Shown here piece after piece: positions 39,654 to 50,984 of a stretch of 64,000 bases of DNA. The DNA comes from Raillietiella orientalis (Eukaryota). The stretch spans positions 496,001 through 560,000 of the forward strand of contig JAYWIR010000062.1 of assembly GCA_036172245.1 (NCBI GenBank), given 5' to 3'. Each line of letters starts with the position of its first letter. The first letter of the stretch is position 1. Under the pieces are notes generated by a model, which was not told the origin of the DNA, ran no database searches, and saw only the letters and a program-made list of their open reading frames with translations. Made by a program: the position numbers and the translations under genes.

Positions 39654-42600
39654 GGTGACACTTCCGTCCACCCGCGGAGTGACCTGCAACAAGCGAGACC
39701 ACGCCCGCCCGGTGCCGTTGCTACTGCTGCTGCTGTTGCAAGGGTCGCGGAGGGCCGCCGATCCGGTCCCTCACGTCCCATTCCCCGTCCCCGATCGCCT
39801 CACCACCCCCCTTCCTCCTTCCCCGCATTCGCTCCCTTCCCACGTCATCCAGCAGCGTCCCTCGCGCGCCCGTCCCTTGCCATCCCGGCGCTCGTTGTTC
39901 TCCCCTTCTTCCAGGGCACACTCAAGGGCACCCCGGGATGCGCGCGGACCCCCCTCGAGGAGGTGCTCCGGAAGTCCCGCCGGGAGGAAGGCGGAGTTGC
40001 CCCTGGCGAGGCCAGCTGGCGAGCACCTTCCACCTCCCTTCAGGAGAGGGAAGCGACCCATCTCTGCGCCGCGCCTGCAGGAAAAGGAAGTAGGAAAATG
40101 GGGGAAGAGAAGGTAGGAGGAAAGAAAAGGCTTCCCGCTTTACTTTGATGGTTCCCTAGTTCCTTCCTTCCCGGATCGCTCCAGCGGGAGGGGCGGGTGG
40201 GGAGCAAGAGGGTGGGAAGAGGGGCTCACGGCTGCCGCGTCCGGGACCAAAACGGAAAGAGACGTACCTTTGAGCAGGTCGTAGGGCTTGCGCCTCACGT
40301 TCTGGAGTGTCCGGTCCCGAGTCGGATACCGCCGCCGCCGCCGCCGCCACCACTCCAGAGGGGGACGAGCTCCGGCGACGGCCGTAGCCAATGGCAACCG
40401 GCGGCCGGACCCGAGCCTGAACTCGCGGCGGCAAGGGAAGCGGCAGGCTGGAGCTGCCATTGGTCGCTTCCCGATCGCTGCCGCTCCGAGGACGACAGGT
40501 TTCGGAATGCCCATTCGATGGGTGATGGGGGAGTTTCGGAAGAGATCGACCCCTCCCCCCTTCTCGGACGTCACACGGGGAGCACTTCCACTCTCACCTC
40601 CTCTTTTCCTCCCCCTATCCCTCCTTTCTCTTTCTCGGCGGTGGTCCTTTCCGTGCTCTCGCGGCAGCATCCGACCCGGCACCTCGGCCGCTGGAAAAGA
40701 AAGGAAGAAGGGTGGGTGGCAGGGAAAAGAAGGAAGGAAGAGGGAGGAGCGCGCGCGGCAGTCGCCTGCGGAGCCACCGCGGAAACTTTGGGTTGCTGGC
40801 TGTTGCCAAGCAGCGGGAAAGCGAAGAGAACCTCCGGTATAGGGGTGCGAAATGGATGGGGGGGGGAGATCTCTCTCGTTACTAATGCCTGAGCTTTTCC
40901 AGAGAGGTGGCAGCATCGTCGTCAGCGGCCGGTTCGGCAGGTGAGGCGCGGGCTGATGCTTCGGGGGCCTCGCCTTCCCTTCCCTCACGAAGGGAATGAT
41001 GGCGATCGGGAGTTGTCCTGGAAGCGCTTGCAGCGACATGACCCGAGATGATCCTCGAGAGGACTAGCGTGGAGAGAAGCTTGGCAGGGGCACGGCTGAG
41101 AGGATAGACTTACCGCCCTGAGGCGACCCCGCACGCTTCTTCGTGGAGCAGCAGAGTGGAGCCGCAGATCGATCGCGGATGGGAAGGAATGGTGAGGGCC
41201 TCCTTCCAAAGCCGCGGAGGGTAGCAGAGTCCCTATTAGAGCTCCATTTCCTTCCGGAGCCGTGCTGCAGGCCTTCGGAGTAGCGCCATCTCTGGTGCCA
41301 CCAGTCTTCCCGCGGAAGGTGCATCGCGGAAATGGAGAAGGCTCCGTGTTCTCTGAGGGCCCAGCTTCTTCCTAGGACTGAGGAAGTAGGGTCTGCTAGG
41401 AAGTTCTCGAGCGAGCCGACCTCTCAGGAGGCACCATCATCGTCGGGGAGCGATCCCGGCGCCACATTACTTTTTGCCGCAGGCAATGGTTCGTGCCCCT
41501 CCCCCTTTCTTTCCTTTCCGGGACAAGCGGAAGATTCTGAGAGACAGAGAGTGTGGAGGGCTTTGGAAGCGCCCCACGGCAGGCTCCAGGATCTTCCGCA
41601 AGAGGTGACCATGGAGACGACCGTGGAAACGACCCGGCCTGCATGCCTCGGAGGACTCGCTACCATCTCGGGGACGCGCGCGCGGTCGTCGCTCCCTCTG
41701 CGCAGCCCCTCCTCCGTGCAGCGCCACCCGAACCCCCTCTTCTCCCCTCCCTCCGCGCCGACCAAGACGGAACCACGGGTGCTCCCCACACGAGCCTCCC
41801 CCCCGGGAGAAAGGGAGAGCCTCAGTGTCCCTCTTTCCCGCACGGGGGCTGCAGAGTCCTCCAGGAAACGTGATGAGGAGGTTCCCAAGGATGGGAGGAG
41901 TCACTCCTCGGTGTAGGTCCTGAACTCCCGTTCGCCATGCCCCAGTCTCCTACCCCTGGCACTGGCGTTGCACCGGATGCCGCGGACCCTCGGAGCAGAA
42001 CCGTCCCTCCTGTAAGTGGAAGGGGTGGCCGGCGCTTCCCATGAGATCGATTGCCTGGTGGGGGAGCGGCGGTACGGCCAAGGGCGCAAGGCTTCGGGCA
42101 GGAGGATATCCGTGGACGTGCGGGCAGCAGGCATGGAGCAGAGCCGAGGTCGCGAGAGGAATGGTAATGAAGACGCAGAGGTCAGAGGGAGGGAGACCGA
42201 TGAACAAGAGCCTGCTCTCCCGGGTAACTTGAGGTCCCCGCGCAAGGAGACCAGGAGAGCCCACATGAGGACCAGGTGAGAGGGGAGCTCGCCACTGGTG
42301 CTGAGAGAGAGACCGGAACCCGGTTTTCCTAGCGATCATCAGTTTGTCTCTCCCTCCGGGCATTCCCACCTTTCCCCCCTCCCCCCCCGCGAGTCTCCGG
42401 ATGCGTCCAAGGGTGTCCAAGAGGGTGTCTGGGGGTCAGGTGGAGACGCCTTGTCGCACTCTCCCTAGCGCAGGGGAGGCCAGGAGGAGGAGGAGGGGGA
42501 AGGATGGCGCCACCGTGCCATCTTTACTCGAGTTGCTTCGATGCCGCGGACGTGAGGCGAGGTGGCGGCTGCTTCCAGGTCCGGAAGAAGTCCGCCTCGG

Positions 42601-43283
42601 GAGAAGGCACGGAGGGTACGCTGGCTCCCCACTCTCGGCCGACACTGCGCCGTTGCCAGGAGACGGACCGAGCGTCCCCTTCCCGTTCTCTGAGGTCCCT
42701 CCACCCGCTGCTCCGACGTGCACTCTCCCAGGGATCGTCCCTTCGCTGCTCTTCTTCGGGATGCCCCATGCTCACGCGAGGTCTCCTCCTCCCACGACTA
42801 GGGCGCACGCCGTGCCTCTTCCCTGCAGTCTCGAGAGCGTGCTCCCTTCGCTCCCGTTCGCGATCCAGAGTTTCCTTGAAGAAAAGCCTCCGAAATCTGC
42901 AGCAGCTCTCCTCAGCTCTTTTCGGAAGCAGAAATTGCCCTGCTCCTTTCTGGCTCCCTCCGGTGTTCGACCCCGGCGGAAGAGGAGGAGGAGGAGGCGG
43001 AATAAGGAGGGGGTGAGGAATCTCCCTCCCCCGAGTGGACCAAGGCGAGGAGGAGTAGGCGGTTCCGGCATTCGCCGGCTGCTGATGAACGCGGATGCGG
43101 CGGCAGCTCCCCGAGGGATCAGATGCGGTTGCCCTCTTCCCCGCCCGGCCCGCCACTTCGGCTGCCTTCTGTCGCAGCCCCGTCCTTCCCGGCTATCCGT
43201 CTGATGGTCTGCGCGCCTACTCCCCTCCGTCGTCCAGCGAGAACCACCTTGCCGTGCGCGGTCCAGAGAGTTTTCCTTGTTAT

Positions 43284-44096
43284 TCACCTTCGGGTGTCCG
43301 CTACTGACCCTGAGAGAGCCGAGGAGGAAACCCTGGAGGTGTCGGGCGCGACCTCCCCGTCGACGAACCGCGGAGGGGTCCCTCGAGTCTCGACTCTCCT
43401 GCGTGCCCTCCTCGTGGTCTCCTGCAGGCTCCTGTGCAGCAAGGCCACGTCCTTGCTGACGCATGCGACGTCTCCATGGGTGACGGCCAGGTCGGCAGAG
43501 AGCTGCTTGACCTCGCGGAGCAGGACGTCCACCTCCTTGCGCAGCAGGGCGCTATTGCTGCTCTCAGCATCCCGCAGCGGCAGCAACCGCGAACCGGGCA
43601 GGGTGCGCACGTCCTCTGCTAGGTCGCGCACGCGGTCCTCCAGCGCCTCGATCCTGTCCAGCAGGACGCACGTGGCCGTATTTTCCCGGAGGCTGTCGTT
43701 GCCGTCGCTGCCCCCGGCGGGGTGAGGAAGACATGGAAGAGGAGGAGGCGACGAGACCGTTCCCTCAGGGCCTCCGCTACCCTCCAGCAGCCGCCTTCGC
43801 AAGACAATGAAGTCAGCCAGCGGGGCAAAGCCGCTGTCCAGCTGCTCCTTGATTCGTCCCACGTCGTACTTGAGCGCCTCGACGTCAGTAGCGTACGAGG
43901 ACAAGAGGTCCCTGAGGGAAGACACCTCGCAACGCCCGGCCGCCCACTCCCGGATCTCCGAAATTTCGCTGGCCACTTTCGCCTCCAGCCGCTCATCCTG
44001 TTCTTCCAGCTGCTGGATCTCCTTCCCCAGGAGCACTGCAATCCTGTAAAAGTAATCCTTGACAGTTCCTGGGTTCCGTCCGCCCTCCGATTCCAT
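43284..44096 (-). CDS. Uncharacterised intronless coiled-coil protein (~270 aa)
   Basis: Intact ORF with heptad-rich helices (LGKEIQQLEEQDERLEAKV, LLDRIEALEDRVRDLAEDV, LRKEVDVLLREVKQLSADL) and G/C-ending codons, unlike the surrounding R/P/G/S shadow ORFs. Confidence 0.65.
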   Translation of the reverse strand: MESEGGRNPGTVKDYFYRIAVLLGKEIQQLEEQDERLEAKVASEISEIREWAAGRCEVSSLRDLLSSYATDVEALKYDVGRIKEQLDSGFAPLADFIVLRRRLLEGSGGPEGTVSSPPPLPCLPHPAGGSDGNDSLRENTATCVLLDRIEALEDRVRDLAEDVRTLPGSRLLPLRDAESSNSALLRKEVDVLLREVKQLSADLAVTHGDVACVSKDVALLHRSLQETTRRARRRVETRGTPPRFVDGEVAPDTSRVSSSALSGSVADTRR

Positions 44097-46488
44097 CACG
44101 GTGGAAGGCAGCGAAGAGGCACTGGACCGACAAATCAGGCAGGAAATGCAAGCAGGCTAAGCACCACGGGTGGAAACACAATGGCTTGCGTCGCCTAGGA
44201 AACGCCTGCGTGCGCGTGGAACATGTGGGGAGAGGAGAAGTATGGCTAAACGGACTGCTGGAGACAGAACGAGGGTACAACCTTGCTCCACGGGCCTTTC
44301 CCTCTCTTCTGCTTCTCCGTCGATGACATCCCGGGCGCTTTCCCTCCTTCTTCCTTCGGAGAGACCCTCTTTTCCTTTGGCTCACAACCCGTGAGGTGGC
44401 CGCGCTCCAGAGCTGGAGCAACCGATGCGCTGCCGGAGGCGCACAGGTATTCTGTTTTCAAAGAGACGAGAAACTTGAGGCGTCGCATCGAAGAGAGGGA
44501 ACCGAGACACGAAGAGGTAAAGGTTCATCCTTCTAGTACGCGACACCCTCCACGCTGGAAGTCAGCGAAGGCTCCAAGCTGGCAGCGGCGACCCCCCGGC
44601 AGGGAAGCCCACGGATGTCCATGGGACACTGACTCGCTTGGTTCTGCTTTCGTGAAGCGTGTTAAATTCTAGGGTAGCATCTACTTCTGCACTCTTTCAG
44701 GGATTTTCCAAAAAAGCACTCCTGCAATCCTATAGATGTAGAAATAGCTTTCAAAAGAAGTACGAGGCTTTTCCCACGAGATTCTCTAATTCACCCTTTT
44801 ATACTGCCGATGTTTCCGTTCCGCAACTTTCAAGGTCTTCAACTTGAAATCCTAAATCCAAACGATAGGCAAAGATAAAAATGCAGACTTTTTTTTTCAG
44901 GCTTATTTTTCTTTCTACTTTATGTTCTCGAAGATAAGTGTGGGGCATGCTTTTACGAATACTCTGTGGTTGATAGCATCTATCAGTGCTTGCTCGCACT
45001 CTCGCGCAACAGACAGATTGAAAAACCGAGAGAACCGGCGCCAATTGTAGTTGGCTGACCTGCAGCAGTGATTACCACATCCCAATGGTTTTCTCGATGT
45101 GGGTGCAGCCTCCTCCATTAAATCGTTATTTGCAGGCTGCATTCCAAAAATTTTCCAGTAAATTTTCATTTCATGCACCTGCAGCAGTACTGCACTTTGC
45201 TGTACTTTAAATTAAAGACGGCATATGCGATTGGGAAATCGTTGCTGTTCCAATCGCATAAACCAGAGCTAATTAATTGCATTTGCTCATACTGCCGGAT
45301 GCAATCTTCCATCAACAGAACTACTACTACTACTACTACGCAGGTTAATATGTAGTTAATGAAGCACGTCCACCAGCCTATGTAGTTTGTCCCTTTTACA
45401 TCATGGTCTAGTCCGTTGGCACCGCAAAAGGGTTATATCGCGTAACTGAACGGAAAAAATTTTAGAAAATTCTCTTGAATGTTTACAGAGCATAATGCGG
45501 CACCTTGAAATTAATAATTGGAACGTTTCGTTTAAAGGACGATCATCACTTACATTTGTAAGCAACCGTGGTTTTTTCTTTGGTAAATTTCAAACTCTAA
45601 ATGCTTGTTACCTTCTGCTTCTCCATAAAATCATGATCAACATGAAGATAATTATGAATCATTATCAAAAATCACTACCAACACTCTTGAAACTCCTGCT
45701 ACATAACGCGCCGTTTTGGGAAATTAAAAATCACGATAGCAAAAATGTGCACCATAAACGTGTCAAGGGTCAAACCAGATTACACGCTTGTGATCTGTGA
45801 ATCTTTGCAATTTTGTAAAATGGAATCAAAATGCTTTCTTCCATAATCTTTTGTTCATCCATAACCTTTGACGAAACTGGTTAATCGAAGTAGGCATAGA
45901 ATGTGAAACTAATTTTCCTAAATAGGTATCTTGAATACCACTGGCATTTATCAATCACAATGAAACGAATATTACAAAAAATGAAATTCCTGCAAACTCC
46001 AATCAACAGACACCTTTGGACTTTTCTGAAAATTGATTGTTCCACATTACATGTACATGTCTCTATAAGTGACTGAGTTTGGTGGAAGGTTCATGAAAAA
46101 TTCCCACTTCAGTATTTGAAAACTTTTCCAGTTTGCACAAACAAACCATCAATTTGGTACTTTTTGCAGGCAAATTATTATTCAACACTCAAACATTCAG
46201 TTGTGCAAGCAGTTCACATTAATTCTGCTCGGTCTCTGGTCAAGTTTGAAGCATGCTGGAAATCAGATGAGACTTTATTAAGAAAATGCATGCGTACATA
46301 TTCTACCATATCATGTATTTTCAATACATGAGGAATAAAAAGTTTCCATCAGTGTATTTGTTGTAACACTACTGTACATTAGTTTACAACACTATGATAG
46401 TAAGACAATCTGGTATACAATTCATTTGAGGAAAAAACATTCCAAATTTTTTGCATTAAAAACTTTAATATTGATACACTTATGGTAG

Positions 46489-46964
46489 TCAGCTTGGTCC
46501 TCTTAAGAACCGACTCAAAAAATCTGTGAGCTTTGGTTCCACAGAGTCTCTAAAATATGCCATTACATGATGTTTTTGCTTCCAGTGTTCAGCTACCTCT
46601 ACCAACTCCATCTGCCCCTGAAAACCAAATTCTCCTTTTTCCTTTGCTTTTGTGGACTCACTTTTGATACAAGGATATCAATCACCCGTACGTCTGTTAC
46701 CGTAGCATTCTTTAAGAACATTTCCCTTAACTTCTTCTTGCACTGTGTCACAGTAACTGGTACTTGATATTCAATGACTTTCGTTTTTTTTCTCAATTAT
46801 AAGTACAGATAAAATTTCTACACACCAATATATGGAATTTGCCTAGACCAGGCTTTATATAACTTGAGTACTCTTCGTCTTGCTTCAAATGGGTCAAGCG
46901 ACACTACTGGTTTTACATGTTTCAGTGCTGGAGTTATTTTGCCTATGTGTGATGTGAATGACAT
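46489..46964 (-). CDS. NDUFA6: NADH:ubiquinone oxidoreductase subunit A6 (LYR family), 3 exons
   Basis: VKPVVSLDPFEARRRVLKLYKAWSRQIP / KKKLREMFLKNATVTDVRVIDILVSK / GQMELVEVAEHWKQKHHVMAYF...DFLSRFLRG*; introns ~44-46 nt. Confidence 0.96.
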
Positions 46965-47049
46965 TCTGCAAAAATCAGAACGTAATTCCTTCTCAAAGAT
47001 TACAAACACCTCATGGAGGGCGCATGCATCCAGTCAAACCTTCATAAGT

Positions 47050-47260
47050 GTACTGATTACCTTTTGGGCTGCAGATGTCAAGATTTTATACACAGGCAGT
47101 CGACAAATTACACTGTGACTAAGAGTGTTCTCCCAGTGAGCACACTGAAAAGTGTAGACTCAATTGCCAGTTGCCTTACAATAGAAGGAAACATTATTCG
47201 GGTAGCAAATTTTTCGGACATACTTTCAAAACCATATATGAAAATCACGACACGTGATTG
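47050..47260 (+). pseudogene. Parvovirus NS1 SF3-helicase Walker A relic
   Basis: CQDFIHRQSTNYTV..VLPVSTLKSVDSIASCLTIEGN...NFSDILSK ~ protoparvovirus CCVLNRQGGKRNTV..GPASTGKSIIAQAIAQAVGNVG...NFPFNDCTNK. Confidence 0.45.
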
Positions 47261-50200
47261 TCCTTTTTGGTACCTTCTTAAATGTACGAGTTCTTAATTC
47301 TGGCTATTTCAGAAACCTGGGAAACCATGTTTTACAACGACATACCAAGCACATCGCAGTACACATTTCAACGTAGAAACTAGAAAGTTTTTCGACTGCA
47401 ATCCGGACGGAAACGTGTTGAAAAGTTAATTCAGAATAAACAGGGAAAAAACTGTTTTGATTACCGATGGGTACATCATGTTTACATAAATAGCATGTAT
47501 GTACATTCACGTGTAAAACATACAAATCACATATGTGCCAAGCACACATGGAATTCTATGTGGCTGCATGCATTCGAAAATTTTCCCAGACAAAAGGGAG
47601 CTACACAATTTCCTCTTACCTTTCCCTCTGAGTCCTACCAATCCACACACACGTGTTGCCGCATTTGTTTCACTCCGTGCGCGTAAAAAAAAGCAAAATC
47701 AGATTTGGACAACAAAATTGAAATTGTGAACCATCCATCGTCAATCAAAGTTCCTGCTAGCTTTTTCAAAAAACGTTTATGACTTTTTTAAAATTGCCAG
47801 AACAACTCGACTGACATTTCCAAAAATTCCTTCTTTGAAAATTCGTGGAGCAAATACATGCATCCAGGAATATTCGCAAATTTGCTGAGACAGATGACCA
47901 CCATCAACTTTTACGTTGACGAAACAAAATTAATAACGTGATTGCTAAGCGTTGATATGATTCAGAAACATAAAAATGCATCCTGCATAATTTTTTCCAT
48001 GTACTTTGGGTCTGAAATCAATAAGAGGTAATCTACATTATATTTAGCTTTCTTCTTTCTTATAGTTAACCAGATTGTCCTCACTACACTTTCGCAGCTT
48101 GTTTTTCTTGTTTTGAAATTCTATAATATTGATAATGACAAAAAATTCTGTAGTACCGATAACTGCAAACTTCTGAGAACACCGAAACGGAATTTCGAAA
48201 GGGAATGCTGCTCCAGCCTGGATGCTGTTCACGCTAAACTTTCAAGAAATAATAATGTTCCAGGAATAGAAAACACAACGACGACAGATTCTCTTATCAT
48301 CCTCATTCTCAGATCAAACGCTTGTTGAATGATAATACTTCCTGCTTCATTCAAAAAAATGCCTTGATTCTTTCTCTCTCTTTTTTTTTTTTTTTTTCTA
48401 CAGAGTCTTGGCTCGAACTTCGAAACTTTCATGAGCTATTCTTGCTATACATTCATTATTTTTATAACTGCGATCTAATCATCAGTTTAAAGGTTTTCTT
48501 GCTTTGCATTGAGTCTTTTTCACTCTCATATGATTGCTTTCTCATTTCTGAGCACTCTGAATAAATCTTACTAACATATCGACGAGAATGACAAAAAAAT
48601 GATTTTATGAGAAACTGCTCCAAATTCCACTTTCAGTTTGATTCCGATTTCATATTCGAAAAGTTAAGCAGAATATTTCCAAAATTTTGCCTCGTATTTC
48701 TTTTTAGATTTTTTTAATGAATGCTTTTGCAAACTTTACGTTTGTTTCGATGTGTTCAGCTGCGATTTCTTGATTATTTCGGAATTGAAAGTTTCCTTGT
48801 TAATATTCGAGGTTACATACAAGATTCACAAACTTTACGATGTTCAACCTTTAGCGCATCCCTTTGGAGGTGCCCTCTCTGCTTATCAAAATCTGCTTCA
48901 CGCAAGAATTCGTTTCTTGAAAGCACAGAGGTGTGCCTGCATGGTGTGTGTTTTTGCTTCCAACATTGTGAACTACAAGTCCACATTTCACCAGCTATCC
49001 TTCTGTTGTTGCTTTCCATTGCTTTCATCAAGTTTTTGTATCTCAAGCTATGCAGTTCCACGCTATTTCCCTGATCACTCTACCATCAATTTTACAAACA
49101 TTACCTATTTGAAGTTTCCGTACACTCCATTCGAATCCAATCCTCCCAGGGATTTGTATTCCAATGGTCTACAGCATTTTGGAAAATTCTTTGTCCTGTT
49201 TTTGCTTTTCGTCTCAGGAATTGGTAGGTTCCCTCGCTGATAAATTGCAACCACTTGCAACGGGATTTGCATTCTTTGTACTGGTTTCCGATTACAGCTC
49301 TGTAGTCTTCCACCGATCAGAAAGCAATGCTTGCTGTCAGACTGTTTGCCTCACTTGTTAATTCAGAACAACAGTATGGGCCGAAACAGCAACCACCTAA
49401 CCACCGCTGAAGCCATGCGGAAAAACCAAGTGCGGTGCCTCTTTACCACAGCCACCCTTGCACTACTCTGGGACAGAGTGACGGCACAAACTGCTCTTCC
49501 TGGTGCAAATCGAGTAATTTCGCAAACTTTTGCACTGAATGTATGGGAACGGATCCAATTCATACATAACTACGACCATTTAAGTTTGCAGAGGTACGAA
49601 AAGATGTCTGTGTCAGCTAAAAGCTTTCCTTTTTTTCCTGAATGGTCCATTCCGAGGGGATCACTTAAAGTCATCGTATCCAAGCACTCGAAAGGCACTT
49701 CCTCATGCATTGCGACTTGAATGGCATGTCTTCACCTCTGACAGTAGAAAACTGCCTAGACGCTTAGCAAATCCCGAATCTTCTTCCAAAGTTAGCTTTC
49801 TTCCTTTGAAGACTACAGATTTTCTTTCCACTTTCCACTTGATAAGCATTCCATCTCTCTTTTTTTTCCTTTTTTCTCCGATAATCACGATGGGAACTGC
49901 CACATGGAGCGGAATAGTTCGTCAAACCACAAAATTCCATGCAACTTCGATGAAGGGTGCGATTCGTTGTGAATTCATAATTAAAAAAAGTACTGAAGGA
50001 TAAAGTGAAGCCAAATCCAATTCGTATTAAGCTGCCCCATACGACGTGGAAAGGTATGCAAAACATCTCCGCTTCACTTTATCCATGCCAATTCCAAAAT
50101 AAGAATTACATGTCGGCAGGGATGCCAGGATTTTTCGAATAAGAACAGGAATATATTCATGTGACACGTTTGAGCATAATGCAGATGGAGACAGTTAATT

Positions 50201-50984
50201 GAATGATAAATATAGGACCTCTGCACTTTAATTTTAGCGCAGTTTGATGGAAAATGAAAACATTAAACGCATTAAAATATCATTGCTACCTCCCCAGAAG
50301 TAAATTTGATATTACATTCCCCCTCCCCTCCCCTTCCCTACAGATTCTTATTTATAGCTCCAATTTTTATTTCTTCTTTCAGTGTGGCTGCTACTCAGCA
50401 TATGCTTTTCCATGAGAGGGAAAATCTGACACTGAAAGACTTCATCAAATAACATGGGAAAACACACCGAAGATTTTATTATTAACTGAAATTTCCATTG
50501 GCTGCCAACAGATCATGCGACGATAAAATATCATCTTAAATAAATTGAAAGAGTGGAATCCGCGAAATGATTTTTGTTATTATCTGAATCGAACAGACAT
50601 GATTTTCTTGGGAAAGAAACTCAACTTTTTTTCTTTTTTCAGCAGCACTTCTTTCTGACGGAAGTCAGCACATGCTACTGACTTCTGTAGTTGCACTTTA
50701 ATCTGTTAGGATGAATTACTGTCGAATCCCATTGCCTTTGTTCAAAGCCAAAGCATAATCGAAAGAAATTATGCAAACCGAAGTGGGAAAATATTAATGC
50801 TTCGACACTATGGTGGGGTCATAATTCAAATGAGCCAGTAATCTGTTGCAGTGTGCTGGAGACAGGTTGCGACATTGCGTGAACCGTTCAAAAGTAAGAT
50901 TGCCCTGGTTCGTCAGGAGTAACTGCCTCAATCGGTGCGAAAACAAAGAACAAAAACAAGCAGCTGCTACCTTTCTCCGCGACG

